Assembly (NCBI RefSeq): GCF_036588685.1
Contig: NC_086373.1
Coordinates: 93,062,001 to 93,126,000 of the forward strand
Length of the DNA: 64,000 nucleotides
Origin: Mytilus trossulus
Lineage: Eukaryota
Reading direction: 5' to 3'
A program made the translations under genes and the position numbers. This document shows positions 24,265-37,861 of the stretch, piece after piece. The notes beneath the pieces were generated by a model, which worked only from the letters and a program-made list of their open reading frames with translations, made no database searches and was not told the origin of the DNA. How positions within the stretch are numbered: position 1 is the first letter of the stretch; each line of letters begins with the position of its first letter.

Positions 24265-26600
24265 TTACATTCCAGTTTCACCTTGTTCGGTTTCTCCTTT
24301 CTGCATGTCCTGGAATTGCTCATGGTCATTCATCTGTGCTGGCATCTCAGCTGGTCTGAAGATGAAATATGATATATAAGAAATTGAAAAAATACATCTA
24401 GATTTGAAAAAAATTTAAAACGTGTAGGATGTTTAAGTTTACTGTCAGTCTCTTTAAATCTTTTATTATTGTCAAAAATACTGTCACCCTTGTCGTGATA
24501 AATTTTACAGGCATTATTTAATGACTTAAATACATTAAGATAACTTTAGTTTCAAAAATCATATCAACTGATGTCTATATAGGAGGCAGTCAAAACTACT
24601 TAATTAAAAAAATGCTATAAATTAGTGTTGTCAAATCGTACACTTTTTCCTAACCGGTTACTCGGATAATCGTTCGACCGATTAACCGGTTAACCGGTAG
24701 TTTACGTTGGTGTTTGAAAGCCTTATCAATAGTACCCTACACATAGATATGTATAGGTGTTAATTTGACAACCTTTCATCCAAGTCAAAAATTTACGTGT
24801 ATGATATGATTTCTGGCGCAATTTGACTTTTAATTTTCGAATACACCGTATCAACTATATATATAACGATTGTACCAACTTCAGATTGAAAAGTAAAAAA
24901 AAACTTCTTGATCTCGAGGAAAATGAATATGTCTGAAACCGATTATTCTTTCATTTTCTCTTGCTGTCTCTGAAAATAATGTAGAGTGTCTCAATAAGAA
25001 ATGATTCATTATTAAATAAAAGAAGATGTAGTACGATTACCAATGAGACAATTCCCAACAAGAGACCAAAATGACACAGAAATGAACAACTATATATAGG
25101 TTACCGTACGACCTGTTTCTTTACTTTTTTTGCTTGTCTCTTTAAGTAATGTTACTCGTTCTATCACGTATACATTGAGTACATTCACGTTGGTTGCATA
25201 TTACAATATTTGAGAAAGCATAAAAAAAGACTGAGCCTAGCACTACGGAGGTTATACATTTAGATGTATGTTTACACAATATTAGATCAAAAACGAAATA
25301 ATGAAGTAATTAGTAAATTTCAATCACATCGCTGATTTAGAGTTACTGTTAAAAAAACATGTATACTAATTATGTTTCTTTAAGATGCTGCTCGAGCTCT
25401 AATTAAGTTTTTAGAATTAACAAAAGCATTCAATATACTGAACAATTGATCTGTCAAATTAATTACCACGCCGACATATTTCAAATAAAACATAACTATT
25501 TATTGATTTTAATACACATTAATATCAAATCTTTCAAAACTTTAAAAAAAGTCCGGTTAACCGGTTAGCTTTTTTGGTATTCGGTATTCGGTCGTTCGAC
25601 CGGTTAACCGGTTAACCGGTTAATCGTTGACAACACTACTATAAATGTAACGTACCCTTCACTTTCTGGTGAGAATTTCATGGTGTGCTCGCTGGAACAT
25701 CTGAGACATTTGCAGTAGCAGAACCATCCATATCTGACTGAGACGTAATATCTACAGCGTCTGCTTCTACAACGAGATTTACATCTGGAAGCACAGCTTG
25801 CATCTGCGTCTTGGACTAAAACAAATATCACAGATGTGAAAAACGCAAAAAGGGGATATCTTTGATACTGTAGGTATAGTTTAATTGTGTAAATATCACG
25901 AGTTTTTTGTAGGTATATTCTAATATGACATCTTTCTTTCTATTTTTATAAAATTCTCGATATACCAAGCGCTGTCTCAGATCTTTGCCTAATAATGACT
26001 GTTACAATATACAGCCATAATCTTAACACTTTCCTTATTATATTTTGTTAACAAAATAAATAATACGCATACTTAATTTGTTTACTGGTTATGTAAAAAG
26101 TTATCAAAGGTACCAGGCTTATAATTTGATACGCCAGACGCGCATTTCTGAAATTGTTATAATAATAAATTGGTTGTGCTGAGCATTGACTATTCAAAAA
26201 AACAAACCAGACTCATTTCAGACATTATGCACTCCTTTTGGGCGTTCACTTTGTTTTCAAACATGAGTAATAGTTTTGCATAGTGAAGCTATGTTAAACA
26301 CACTATCATTCAATTCATAGTAACCGATGTTTTTTTTTAAAAATAGCAAAATTTAACATACATTCATCAAAACTTGTTCTTCAGGTTTTGCCCTCTCTTC
26401 TTTTTAAATTTTTTTGCAATTTGTGTTTCTTCATTTTGGCAACATTTTATTTATTCCCAGGTGAAGAAGGTAGGCTGATATTTACATTCTGATTATTAAC
26501 CAATCAGATTGAATGGTATTTGCTGCATGAGAAATACAATTATTTACATACCTATAAGAAGTACTGCAAGAGCAATAGCCAGGATAACTGCTAACTTCAT
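24265..26600 (-). CDS. MytlC: Mytilin C-type antimicrobial peptide precursor (99 aa)
   Basis: Coding exons 26600-26552, 25815-25656 and 24355-24265 have canonical splice sites. Translation: MKLAVILAIALAVLLIVQDADA | SCASRCKSRCRSRRCRYYVSVRYGWFCYCKCLRC | SSEHTMKFSPESEGPAEMPAQMNDHEQFQDMQKGETEQGETGM. SCASRCKSRC...CRYYVSVRYG is the mytilin C signature. Confidence 0.95.
24623..25638. mobile_element. Non-autonomous hAT-type transposon in mytilin C intron 3
   Basis: 12-bp TIRs TAGTGTTGTCAA / TTGACAACACTA, perfect 8-bp TSD CTATAAAT (24615-24622 and 25639-25646), and subterminal TTAACCGG repeats at both ends. Confidence 0.92.
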
Positions 26601-26878
26601 TTTGGATCTAAAGGAGTGTAGATATTGATCTGAAATTTGAAAAAAATTACATAATCAATAACCAATAAAAAAGACACACACACAATTATTATTATAAGCC
26701 TCGCAGAAAATTTCAACATTTGAGAAGAAAGTAAGCTCATTAGAAATTAAATTAATAAATGTAGCAAGGCAGCTTTGAAATATTTTCTGTGCAGTATTCT
26801 TGTCTGATTTATTGAATAACAATCACATTTTGATCATAACAATACATTGATTCGATTTATTTTCACAAAGTTACTTAC

Positions 26879-26985
26879 CTAAGGTGAACAATTCAGCTAG
26901 TCAGCAAGATGATAACCATCAATGACAAATGAACGGTTTTTATATACATGGATCCAGACATGACAATTCCGGAGGACGGGAGGGT
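26879..26985 (-). promoter_or_regulatory. Exon 1 and core promoter of mytilin C
   Basis: Donor AG|GTAAGT at 26878, TATAAAAA at 26944-26937, ATTCCGGAGGACGGG at 26966-26980. Confidence 0.8.
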
Positions 26986-29900
26986 TAGGTTACACATTTG
27001 CGTATTTCCTTTGTTGTCAATATTTTTAGAAATCACTGTACACTTGTTTTGTTTAAGATTTCGCAAACAAATTAACATGAAATAGTTACAGTTCGAGTGG
27101 GTGACCTACCGTCACATGCTTTTATTTTGCTGTGATATGTATATAGTTATTGAGATCAGAAGATATTACACGTGATTCGTTAATAAAATAATTGTAAATA
27201 ATTTTGTATGTTTTTACGAATATTACAGAAGATTCGTTACAACATTCATTTTTAGAGAGATTGGCCAAAAACCTGCTGAATTCGGGACTTAACTTTTCAT
27301 ATATTGTTTATGTTCCTTTTTATTATTTTTTTTAAATATGCAATATTTAAACGAATTGATTGTTTACTATTGAAAGTCTTGAATGCGTTCTAATATTGAA
27401 CAACATCAGTTCAAAACAATTATGTGCCAACATTTTTTTAACCAGAATAAACCAAAATTATAAAATATAAACTGAATGCATATGTAAGAATCTAGGAGAT
27501 ACGTCTGTTAATATAAGACTAATTGTATTATCCATATAGGTTTCTATTTCTATGTTTTTTTTGTCAAACGTTTATTTGTAAAATGAATAAACAGCTCAAC
27601 ATCAAAATGTCTAATTCTACAGTAGATATTCATCCTAATGTTAAACAGCGGAGGAAAAATTGTTGAAATTCTACAGGTGAGTATCGTCTAAGTATACTAA
27701 AAGAATTGTATAATAACTAGAATGACATTCAACTATGACATTATTTGCGGATTTTATGGACGAAAAGTGTTCTATTGATATAGGAAGATGTGGGTTGAGT
27801 GCCAATGAGACAACTTTCCATCCATATAACAATTTAAAAAGTAAACCATGATAGGTCAATGTAAGGCCTTCAACATGGAGCCTTGGCTCACACCGAACAA
27901 CAAGCTATAAAGGGCCCCATAATAACTCAAACGGGAAAAACAACGGTCTAATCTTTATAAAAAAAAACGAGAAACGAGAAACACGTATAAATTACATAAA
28001 CAAACGACAACTACTGTACATCAGATTCCTGACTAGGGACAGGTGCAAACATTTGCAGCGGGAGTAAACGTTTTAATGGTACCAAACTTTCTCCCTTTTT
28101 CAGAAACAATAGCATTACATCACAACATAGAAAATCTATGTTTTCTATTATCGTATATGTCTTTCCTGGTTGTCTTTGTATGCAGTCTTGTATTGTTACT
28201 TTTGATTTGCAAGTTTCGTGTTTTTTCCATATTTAATTCTTGTAGTTGTTTATATATCTTCTATTTGTATTATATTTAAAAAAAGTACGTGATATGAATA
28301 TCCTATATCCATAAAACTAATACTAAAGATGTAAACATATCAACGATTTCTAGCACCTTTAGTAATTTACTTTTCATAAACCATGATATAATGGACGGAA
28401 CTCGAAAAGGAGTATCCAGTTTAAATATCTGAAGAAAAAAAATCCCCCAGTAAAAAAAACCCCAAGCATGTACGGATGAAAATACTTAGGGGAACAAAAC
28501 TTGAAACCGAGTTTATCTGTGACGAGTAAATTATGAAATTAATACTTTTAATGGTCCATCATGTTAGTATTACTCTTGTCTGTCATCAGAGGTCATATAC
28601 AAAATTTGATGGAGTTTGTCCTCCACAATTTTAAATTTTCATGTAATGTTTTGTGCACTATTATTTGTAATTTCGTCTTTTTTGCCGAGATAATTGACTT
28701 GTTTGTAATATTGTACAATTGAGCACATCCGAAGAGCTTAATGTATTTCTATATTATAGTGTCAATATTTTGTCTGTTCATAACGACACCTAGGACTAAT
28801 GTGATTTCTTGTTTTTTCTTTTTTTTATAATCGATGGTTTACAAGAAACCAAAAAGTAACATTCTCCGAAGTAATGAAAATAAATTACTTTAATGTAACT
28901 CTCATTTAGTAATTAAAAGTTTTAATTTTAACAAAGGTTAAAGCTCGTATCAACTTTCAACAGATACAATTTATTAATTAGACGAAAAGCTACTTTCCGC
29001 TCTTAAAAAAAATGTATCCGTTGAATAACATCCGTCGACCATGCAATACATGTACTGAAATGAAATATCGGCCAGCGAAAGTAATCTTTTTTTCAGAACA
29101 GTAGTTTATCAAGCAAAACAAACAGTACATGAATATTCTATCATTTCCATTTTTCTATTTCCGTTTTTTTCTATTCTTTAATATAAGATTTTTGAAAAGC
29201 TCGAAATGTTCTGATCTTCATTCATATGAAATATTTCGTTAGCGGAAAATGCAATGAAGCTTCATATTTTATTATTTTATGCATAATAGTGATAAAGTTT
29301 TTTAATAACATGTTATCACCTATTATTCATTTATGAGTTTGGTGAAAATATCTTATTCATTTTAATTTAAAATCTCCATTTTAAATTATTATTTTAATGA
29401 TTTGATAACTTTTGATTATCCTCTTCCTGTTAATTTCACAAATATGTTCTGCTGTTGAAAGGTTTTTGGGTGTTAAATTTTGTAAATTTGATAAATTATT
29501 TCACATAGTCAGGACTTAAACTGCTTTCTCCACGAGTTATGTAAATAAAGGCAACAGTAGTATACCGCTATTCGAAACTCATTCATTGAAGATTTTACAA
29601 AAAAACATCTCCTGCTTTTTATGGGTTCCTGGTGTATTCTCTATTGCAAGTTTTAAGATTATAAAAAATAACAGTCAATAAATAAATACCAACTATCAAA
29701 GTATCCAGTGTAAAACTGCAATGACTAATTACGATTGATCAATTTGGTATTCAAGTTTGTTTACATGGGCTTCTATTGCATTGTAGTAAGACACATGTGG
29801 GAGGAATAAATAAACAACATTGACCAGGAGTGTTAGAACTTAGGAAATACACTTATCATTAGGAACAATTATCTCAGCTTTAAAGACCTTTTATACCCTA

Positions 29901-31194
29901 GTTATTTGATATATTCCTTGTTCTCCATCTGTTTGAATACTTTTTTTTCTATGCATGAACTTTCTAAATTTATCACATAATGCTCTCAAAAACAAAACGC
30001 AAGCTCAAAATTCTGTACTTGTAGATGAGAAACCTTGTTAGTCGACTCTTTTATATTACTGAATTTAGCTGTACATTGGACAATCTTTACACAAGTTCTT
30101 AGTGGTTATCATTTAAATAACTTGATATGATAATTTTTCTAAATGAATATACCAGGATTCCAAATCTTAAGATTATCAAAAAGTAAAATCACATAAACAC
30201 TGAATGCCGGGGAAAATTCAAAACGGAAAGTCCCTAATCAAATGGCAAAATCAAAAGCTTAAACATATCAAACGAATGCATAACAGCTATCATATATATT
30301 TACATGTTTAGCAAACCTCAAGGACACGCATCCTTTTAAAGACACTCTTATCCTTGAAAGAGAAAGAACATTCAGGTGATATTTCTGATGAAAAAGTAAT
30401 TGAATAGTATATGCCTTTTCTTAAAAGGAATGTGCCATGAGTGTCAATAAGATAATATTTATAGATATATTAAAAGTGAAAAAACGGTCGATAGAGTAAA
30501 ACATCATCAAATGATTATATTGTTTAAAGAATGAGTAAATATCCAAGATTTGAGAAAATTCTGAGGGGGAAACAAAATTCAATAGACCAAATGGAGGAAA
30601 ATAGATATAAAAGTGCGAAAATTATAAGCCTATTGACTTAGAGCAGGCATATTTAATATGTAACAGGTGAAAATAAATTAAGGCAAATATAGGATATACG
30701 TCAATCAAACTGAACAACAACTTAGTCACCACTGATACCATCAAGAATGTGAAGACACACCTGTTGGTACCAGTAAAAGGCAAGACCCAATTACCCATGA
30801 ACAAGATATATATAAAAAATTACATCAAATATTAATCAAATATGTGTCTGACCAGAGAAAAAAGTAGTTGTTTGTGAACGACTTATTACATCCGGATACG
30901 TAAACATGCACTTAATATGTCTTTTTACTAGTATGTTCATTTCGGTCATTTGCCTCTTGAAATGGCTCTGTGTTTTGAGTTCTTTTTTATGGGCGTTTGT
31001 GCGTTCCTTTTATTGATAAGTCCAGAAAAAACGCCTTAAAGGCATACAATTTTTATGGTATTATTTTCGTTTTTTGCGCCCTTTATTTCATTAAATTTGG
31101 TCTTTATAGGAAGATGTGTATATTTATTAATCTATGAAGTATATTTTCTTATTTTTGGTTGCTTGGTCTTAATTATTGACACGTAATCTATCGT

Positions 31195-31475
31195 ATCTGT
31201 TTGGTTTGCTCAAACAATTTTGTCAAAATAACAACTTTCATACAAGTGGGATATTTAGCTGGATATAAAACCAAGTTTAGCCCAGTATTTTTATTCATAT
31301 TTACTTTCGTCTTTGGAGCATATTTTCGTAATTTTGGTTTCTGGATCCCAATAATTTTTACGTTAATAACTAATGTCTGTTCTGTTTGCTCAAACACTAT
31401 TGTAAAAATTACGGAACTGTCATACAAGTGGGAGATTTAGCTAGATATAAAACCAAGTTTAAACAAGTATTTTTC
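31195..31475. repeat. Partial tandem duplication (period about 180 bp) of an interspersed repeat
   Basis: TCTGTT..GTTTGCTCAAACA...TCATACAAGTGGGA.ATTTAGCT.GATATAAAACCAAGTTTA occurs twice. Confidence 0.7.
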
Positions 31476-33030
31476 TATGAAAATGCATGTTCCAGGTGAG
31501 GAATATCACAGTTGTTTTCCAGTCGTTGCATTTAGTTTGTCAAATTTCATGCATGGACATTTTGAAATTTTCTTGAAGTTCAGTATTTTAATTCAGAGCT
31601 TTTTTTAAACTTAAAGAGAATAGACAAAGTTGAAATGAATATTTTTTCATAGAGAATGATACCTCAGTTTTTTAAAATGAAATAAACATTTTGACTTGGT
31701 CGATACAAGAAATACTAAATGTGTCGATATTGTCTTTTCGCAATAACTTTGCCTCACCAAACGAATCTCACATTTTATTTGTTAGGGTTTTACTTCATAG
31801 TAAATTGTGTTAATTAGTGCTATTCAACTAGAATGTGTTGGGTTCAATATATAAAAGTAGTCATAGTTGGAATTCAAGCTACGTTATTTTTTCAAAAGTC
31901 AATATTCTTAAATTTCAAGAAAATGCATCACTGTCAAAATAATTAAATGAATATCAAAATAGATGATGTTGAATAAAAACAGAGCATAATTCTCTTATAC
32001 GTCGGTTTAACCTTGTCCTTCACGATAGAATTGTTCATTGTTTTTTCATGAAAGTGTAAAAATTCAAAACAAAAACATCCCACAATTGATCGAACAAGCA
32101 ACCAGATTTTCACTTTTCAATGATTGTTAAAACCTTTTTGTTTGAAATCATTGAAAAGTTGAATAAAGACAAAGGTTATAGTCGGTACTTGAAAAGGGCA
32201 GGATGCTTATTTGAATAAGAACAGTGTCATTAGTCTGTGTCATTTGATCTCTGGTGGATACAGTTGTCTCATTTGCAATCATAATACTTAAACTTGTTAT
32301 AATACTTTAGAGGTTAAGCAATAAAAATGATGAATAGTACTTTAGCGTTTATACTGAATTGAAATATAAAGTATATCTTTTAGAACATTGGTTTAAATAA
32401 TTCACAATTTGATTTAATTTACGGTTAAGAAGTAATCGATAGTTGTAATTCTTTTCATTGTGCATAGTGTAACACGTCCTGCTTATTGAGATAATGAATA
32501 TCTGTTTGGTAAAAAAATAACAACAAAATTGAAAAATCTCTGCAGCAGTAGACGTGAGAATGCCTGCTTTCTATCATAAAGATATAAGAAGACGAATTTT
32601 CATGCGTATTTAAAATCTTGTTTTTTTAATTATATTTCAGAAGACAGCTGATTAACTCTGATCTTTTTAATTCAGAAATACTTTGAAAACTGTTTACTCT
32701 CGTAGTGTTAAACCATTTGTTAAGTTATAACAAAAACACTTTAGAGCGTCTGCATAATTTTAAAGCGATAGAATAATTTATACCAAAACTTTAGATTGTT
32801 CAACCTTTTATACCACATTTCCCCATTTGAAATTGAAAAATTGTCTAAAAAAAATAATCCACTTTGCTTTTTAATATAGGAATGGAAGCTTACGCTATAA
32901 ATGTATTGCTTTGGGATACCTTACAGCATATTTTGGTTATAGTGAAACAAAAATATAAAACATGGTATACCGAGGAACAAGTGATCAGTTTATGCCTTAG
33001 TTTCTTCCTTTAACATATCTGTTGATTTAA

Positions 33031-33761
33031 GGTAGCACAATACAAAGATTGTTTTACTTCCAATCACTAACCTATGAAATGTTGTAACTTTCTTATGAAT
33101 GCAAAGAATAAATAATAATGGAGGTATATATAGGAAGATAAAAGATTAATCTTTTAAATTAAAGCAATATTTTTATTATGCAATCATTATGTAATCAATT
33201 ATTATGTAATTAGTGGCAAAATCTGGGTAAGTTCACTCGAATGAATTTAGCTCTATTATCTCTTTAACTAAAAAGAAACTTTGAACGAATTCTTAATCAA
33301 CTCATAATGGGCTTCAAAAGGGTGTCTCAGATTGTCTCTCTGGTATACCATTCTCTCATAAATCTCTAATTAGTGTAAACATCATAACCACATATTTTTA
33401 AAGAAGATAATGTTTAATTAGGTGTAACATTTGTTCTCTACATTCTATCTGAAATCTGAGACATTCTTTTGTAGATAATGGCCAGAGGAACAACATATAA
33501 TAAAACCAACTCTCTAGGGATACCTATGCAGAAGCTAATTTCATTTGAATGTGGAAATTTGGGTGAAACATATTTTAAACACAGTTAACATTATAATTAT
33601 TTACATAGTTGTTGCACAATACTAACATTGCATTAATTTGAAAAAGTAATCTGTTAGCTATCCAAAACTTTCACTTTTATAAATTTTCAAGCATTATTAA
33701 GAAAGTTACAGCATTTTAAAACTTGGGAATTGGAGTTATACAATCTTTGTATTGTTCTAAC
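33031..33761. mobile_element. TTAA-specific non-autonomous DNA transposon (same family as 11259-12748)
   Basis: TTAA at 33027-33030 and 33762-33765; termini GGTAGCACAATACAAAGATTG / CAATCTTTGTATTGTTCTAAC. The empty site GTTGATTTAAGGTAGACC is preserved in the adjacent duplicate at about 33944-33961. Confidence 0.85.
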
Positions 33762-33765
33762 TTAA

Positions 33766-34560
33766 GGTAGACCTTTTCAACACATTTTCTAAAATTCCTA
33801 TGAAAAAGGGCAGTCTCTCCTGCTAACCTCTTCTTATTTTCATTTGAGTCGGGGTTCCTTCAAATACTTGTCAAATGATGACAGAAGCTAGAAGACTTAA
33901 TTTCTATTTCAGATATATATTCATGATGCTCTATTCACTATTTGTTGATTTAAGGTAGACCTTTTCAACACATTTTCCACAATTCATATGGGAAAGGACA
34001 GTCTCTCCTGTTAACCTCTTCTTATTTTCATATGAGTCGGAGTTCCCTCAAACTTGTCAAATGACAAAAAGATCATTTAATTTCTATTTCAGGTATATTT
34101 ATCATGCCTTTTCCATTATAAAAAATCCAAACTTTTCTGATTGTGTTCCATTAATATATTCTACAGAACTAGAAACTGGGGAAAAAAAAACAATAGACTC
34201 AACCGCCTCATTTCAAGACGTATAACTCGAATTGGACAAAAACAGTCATCTCAATACCTGAATCGATTACAAATAAGATGATTTAATATTGAAAGTATCT
34301 ATTACCATCACTTTAGCAGCAGTAAACAATTTCACCTACATACGAGATATACATTTACCATTACTCATTCGGTATTCAACAGCTAGCAGCTGTCATTTAA
34401 ACTTAATAAAACGTCACCAGAGTCTAAGCAGAAAGTTGATGAACCAGGGTTATGCAAAAGAACGTCTTATTGATAAATGTCCCGTATAAATATCAAAAAC
34501 AGTTCAGGATGGTATTGCTGTATAGATTACAGATACTGACATGTTTAGCATATTAATTAC
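33766..34560 (+). mobile_element. Decayed Penelope-like RT fragment with an internal duplication of about 188 bp
   Basis: DNA similarity to 47123-47480 (ADLFLFSYESEF, NFSDWVPLIY regions); ORF 34289 contains LIRYSTASS...LSRKLMNQGYAKERL. Confidence 0.7.
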
Positions 34561-36184
34561 GTGGTATGGTGATGTTTTCACTTATCTTTGTATATCTTTA
34601 ATCTTTACTTTTTAATTCATTTTTTGCAATATCCTATTGGCGTGGCTCCGCTATCTATGCATCCCGCCATTATCTAATTGTGCTAGTTTCATTCATTTTC
34701 TGTATACTTTTCGTTCATTTTTATTTATGTGCTTTGTCTATAGAATGAGTCTTTAAGCCATTTTGTTTTTCGTTGATATAGATGTTCGTTTTTATATTGA
34801 TTAAAATTATAACACTAGAACAAATAATTGTATTCCATTATTTTTTATCTTTCAACTTTGTAATTTATAATTTGTAATTTGTAACTATTCTTATGCTAAT
34901 AACAGATACACTTAAACAAATAAAACTGTGTAGAACTAGTTTGGGTTGAGAATTATTCCTATGGGGAAATTCCTTTACAAGACATGATCAGATTTCCATG
35001 AATTTTTTTTAAAATCATTATCATTATATAACGTAGCTTTTAGTGCTTTCAATTTTGATTCGGACACCGACACAAAACCAGAAAAATGCACGACTCTCCC
35101 ACCTTCAGTGATAGGTTAGGAAAAAATCTTAGCATATTGAGTCATTACAATCTTTAACACTAATAAACAAAAGACTTATTAGAATACATATGTATGTACG
35201 GTATATCTTAAAAACAATGTCATGCTATCTTGTCAAAAAGTAGTGTTTTCTGACCTAGGTTTATATTTGATTCTGTTTACTTGTTTTGTTTCGGAAATCT
35301 CAATTTCATTAAACGGTATATTTGTTCCTGAGCGGAAAACAGTTTTTAGTTAAATGGATAAATTTGTATCCGTTGAAATAAAGACGCAGTTTATCATACA
35401 TTAAAGATTGTTTGAGAGCTCATTTTTTTTGTATTCCGGAAAATGTTACTTTTTTTTTTTCTTGTAAACCTTAGGAGACTAAAATATTTCACAAACTGTA
35501 CAATAGGTCATCTTACAAATGAAAAAAAATGCAACCATAATACAACAAATAATAATATTAAGTGAATGAGTACAAATAGGTATAACATTATAGTTTCTTA
35601 AACCATCATTTTGAACTTTAAAAAATTTCACAGACATTAACAAAGATAATCACTAACTGAAACGGTATCAAACAAAACCGGTTTATCGGGATAGCACAGA
35701 CTTTTCAAAATAATATTGTAAATAAAAATAAAATGACATTCTCAATCAGTAAATTTAAATCAGTAAATTTAAATAAATTTACCAGTCAAAAATATAGTGA
35801 CATTTTCCATTTTTTTTTACAATCAACAAGTATATGCAATTGTTGGTGAATGTTTTATTTTTCCGCTAGAGTATCAAAAACTCAGTAGGTAGAGCTGTTG
35901 TTGGTCTTCAACTTCTTTTGAAGTTGACAAATAAACTTCAGAATGGGATTGGGAAGTACGTTAAAGAGACAACAACCCGACAAAAGTAGAAAACAGTCAA
36001 AGATCACCAATTGGTCTTCAAAACAGCGAGAAAATCTAGCACCCGGAGGTGGGCTTCAGCCGACTCTTAAATAGAATGTGTACTAGTTCTGGAATAATTG
36101 ACATCAGATTAAACTCCAAAACATATAAATGAACTAAAATAAAAAAAAATATAAAAGATCAATAAAGGTAATAGGCTCCTGACT

Positions 36185-36312
36185 TAGGTCCTCAACTTTG
36201 TACTTGTTTGGCATTTTAACTGTTTTTATATGAGCGCCACAGATGAGTCTTATGTAGCCGAAACGCGCGTCTGGCGTATTAAATTATTATCCTGGTACCT
36301 TGATAACCATTT
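36185..36312 (+). mobile_element. Solo retrozyme fragment with a mutated hammerhead core, nested in another repeat
   Basis: GCGCCA CAGATGA GTCT TATGT AGCC GAAA CGCGCG TC TGGCGT carries U4A and a stem II mismatch. It splits the host repeat motif CTCCTGACTT..GGGACAGGCGC. Confidence 0.7.
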
Positions 36313-37861
36313 GGGACAGGCGCAAAATTGCGGCGGGATTAAACATGTTTTGATATTTGTGAGATCTGAATCCTTCTCTATACCTCTAGTTAATGTCGAT
36401 TAATAAATATTAAATAGCAATACGCGCAGTAAAATCTGTTTGAGAGAAATATGAGTCCGATTTCAGAAAAAAAACATACATATTGCATCTTAAAATAGTT
36501 ATTTTGTATTGTATCTGTACAATTCGTTGTCATGAGTATAGAACTAACACTCGTTTATTAGTAGTCAAAGATGAATATTTGTTAGAACCCATTCACGCGT
36601 CAAATTTTTTCAAAAATAATTGTCTCACAAAGTTATACCACTATTTTAGTGTGCATAGCTCTTTAAACGGAACGACATTTTCCGTATTATTATATTCCCC
36701 AAGATCCAAAGTTGCCAAACACAATGAACCTTTGGGTACATGAATTTAAAAACGTGTACAGTAAACAGTACAGCAAATACGTTTAACGCCAACTTTGCAA
36801 TCGAAACTAATATCTCTGTCAATCTTTTTTTTTTAATGTATGACCCGCATTTTATAAACTTAGTATGGGGCTTCTTACATTTTTAGTTTTTAAGAATACA
36901 GGTCTGATGTCTGGAAAAAACACATGTCACATACTTCTTTATATCATAATTAAATTTATCGGTCTCTTTAACCATGGTATGTTATGTGTAAACAACTGTA
37001 TCTATATTTGTCTGTTTTATAGTAGCATAAGTTATATTTCTAGACTGAACCTTTTAGAGCTTGACATTTAATTGATAACTGGTAACTGTTGTAAGCCTAT
37101 GAGTGACCCATTGATGTCCGTTGGTTTGTTTTCTGTTTCAGTGACTTATAGTCCACATGTCATTTTATTTTTTATTTAGACAAACTTGTTGTATTCAAAT
37201 TGTTGTTTTTATAATACTATAAATATTACTTTTGCTGACCTATCTTTACATTGTGGACGAAAACTTTGATATTACTGAACGGATATGGTTTTTTTTGTGG
37301 TTTTTGACAACGGAAAACAATGTTTTGTTGTACTATTAAATTGCTTCCTTCGAAAGTTCGAAGTTTAACATATATAGTAGAGTAACAACTTACAATTGAT
37401 TAATGGTTCCATGACGGAAAAGGTAACGTTTTAGCCAATTAAAAACCTCAGTAAATGGAAAAGTCAACTTAGAAAGTTAGTTTGATTCAAGCAAATGATT
37501 TTTTTTTGCAAATTGAAAATTAAACTATAAAAAATCTTTTATCTTATTACAATTTGTATGCTCCATGTTACCTGTCTGGTGATTTCATACTTTCTAAAGG
37601 GCACTCCCGTGTGGGATTTAAAACTAAAATGTAAAATTACTTGATCAGTAACAACATTTAACCATTGAAATGATTTATAAATGTATAACTCACGTCATTG
37701 TTACTTCTATAACAAAAGTGGTGAAAAGTATTTTTAAGACACTTTATGTCCTTGTGGTGTCGAACGATATGTAATATATTTTTTATGATAAATCTAGAAC
37801 AAATTGTGGTAGTAAATTCTTTTTTTTTTAATCTACAATTATGTTCTTGTTACAGTTGTAA

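Noticed and set aside
31188-31440. Overlapping 79-aa ORFs on both strands
   Set aside because: They fall in a duplicated interspersed repeat and show no protein motif.
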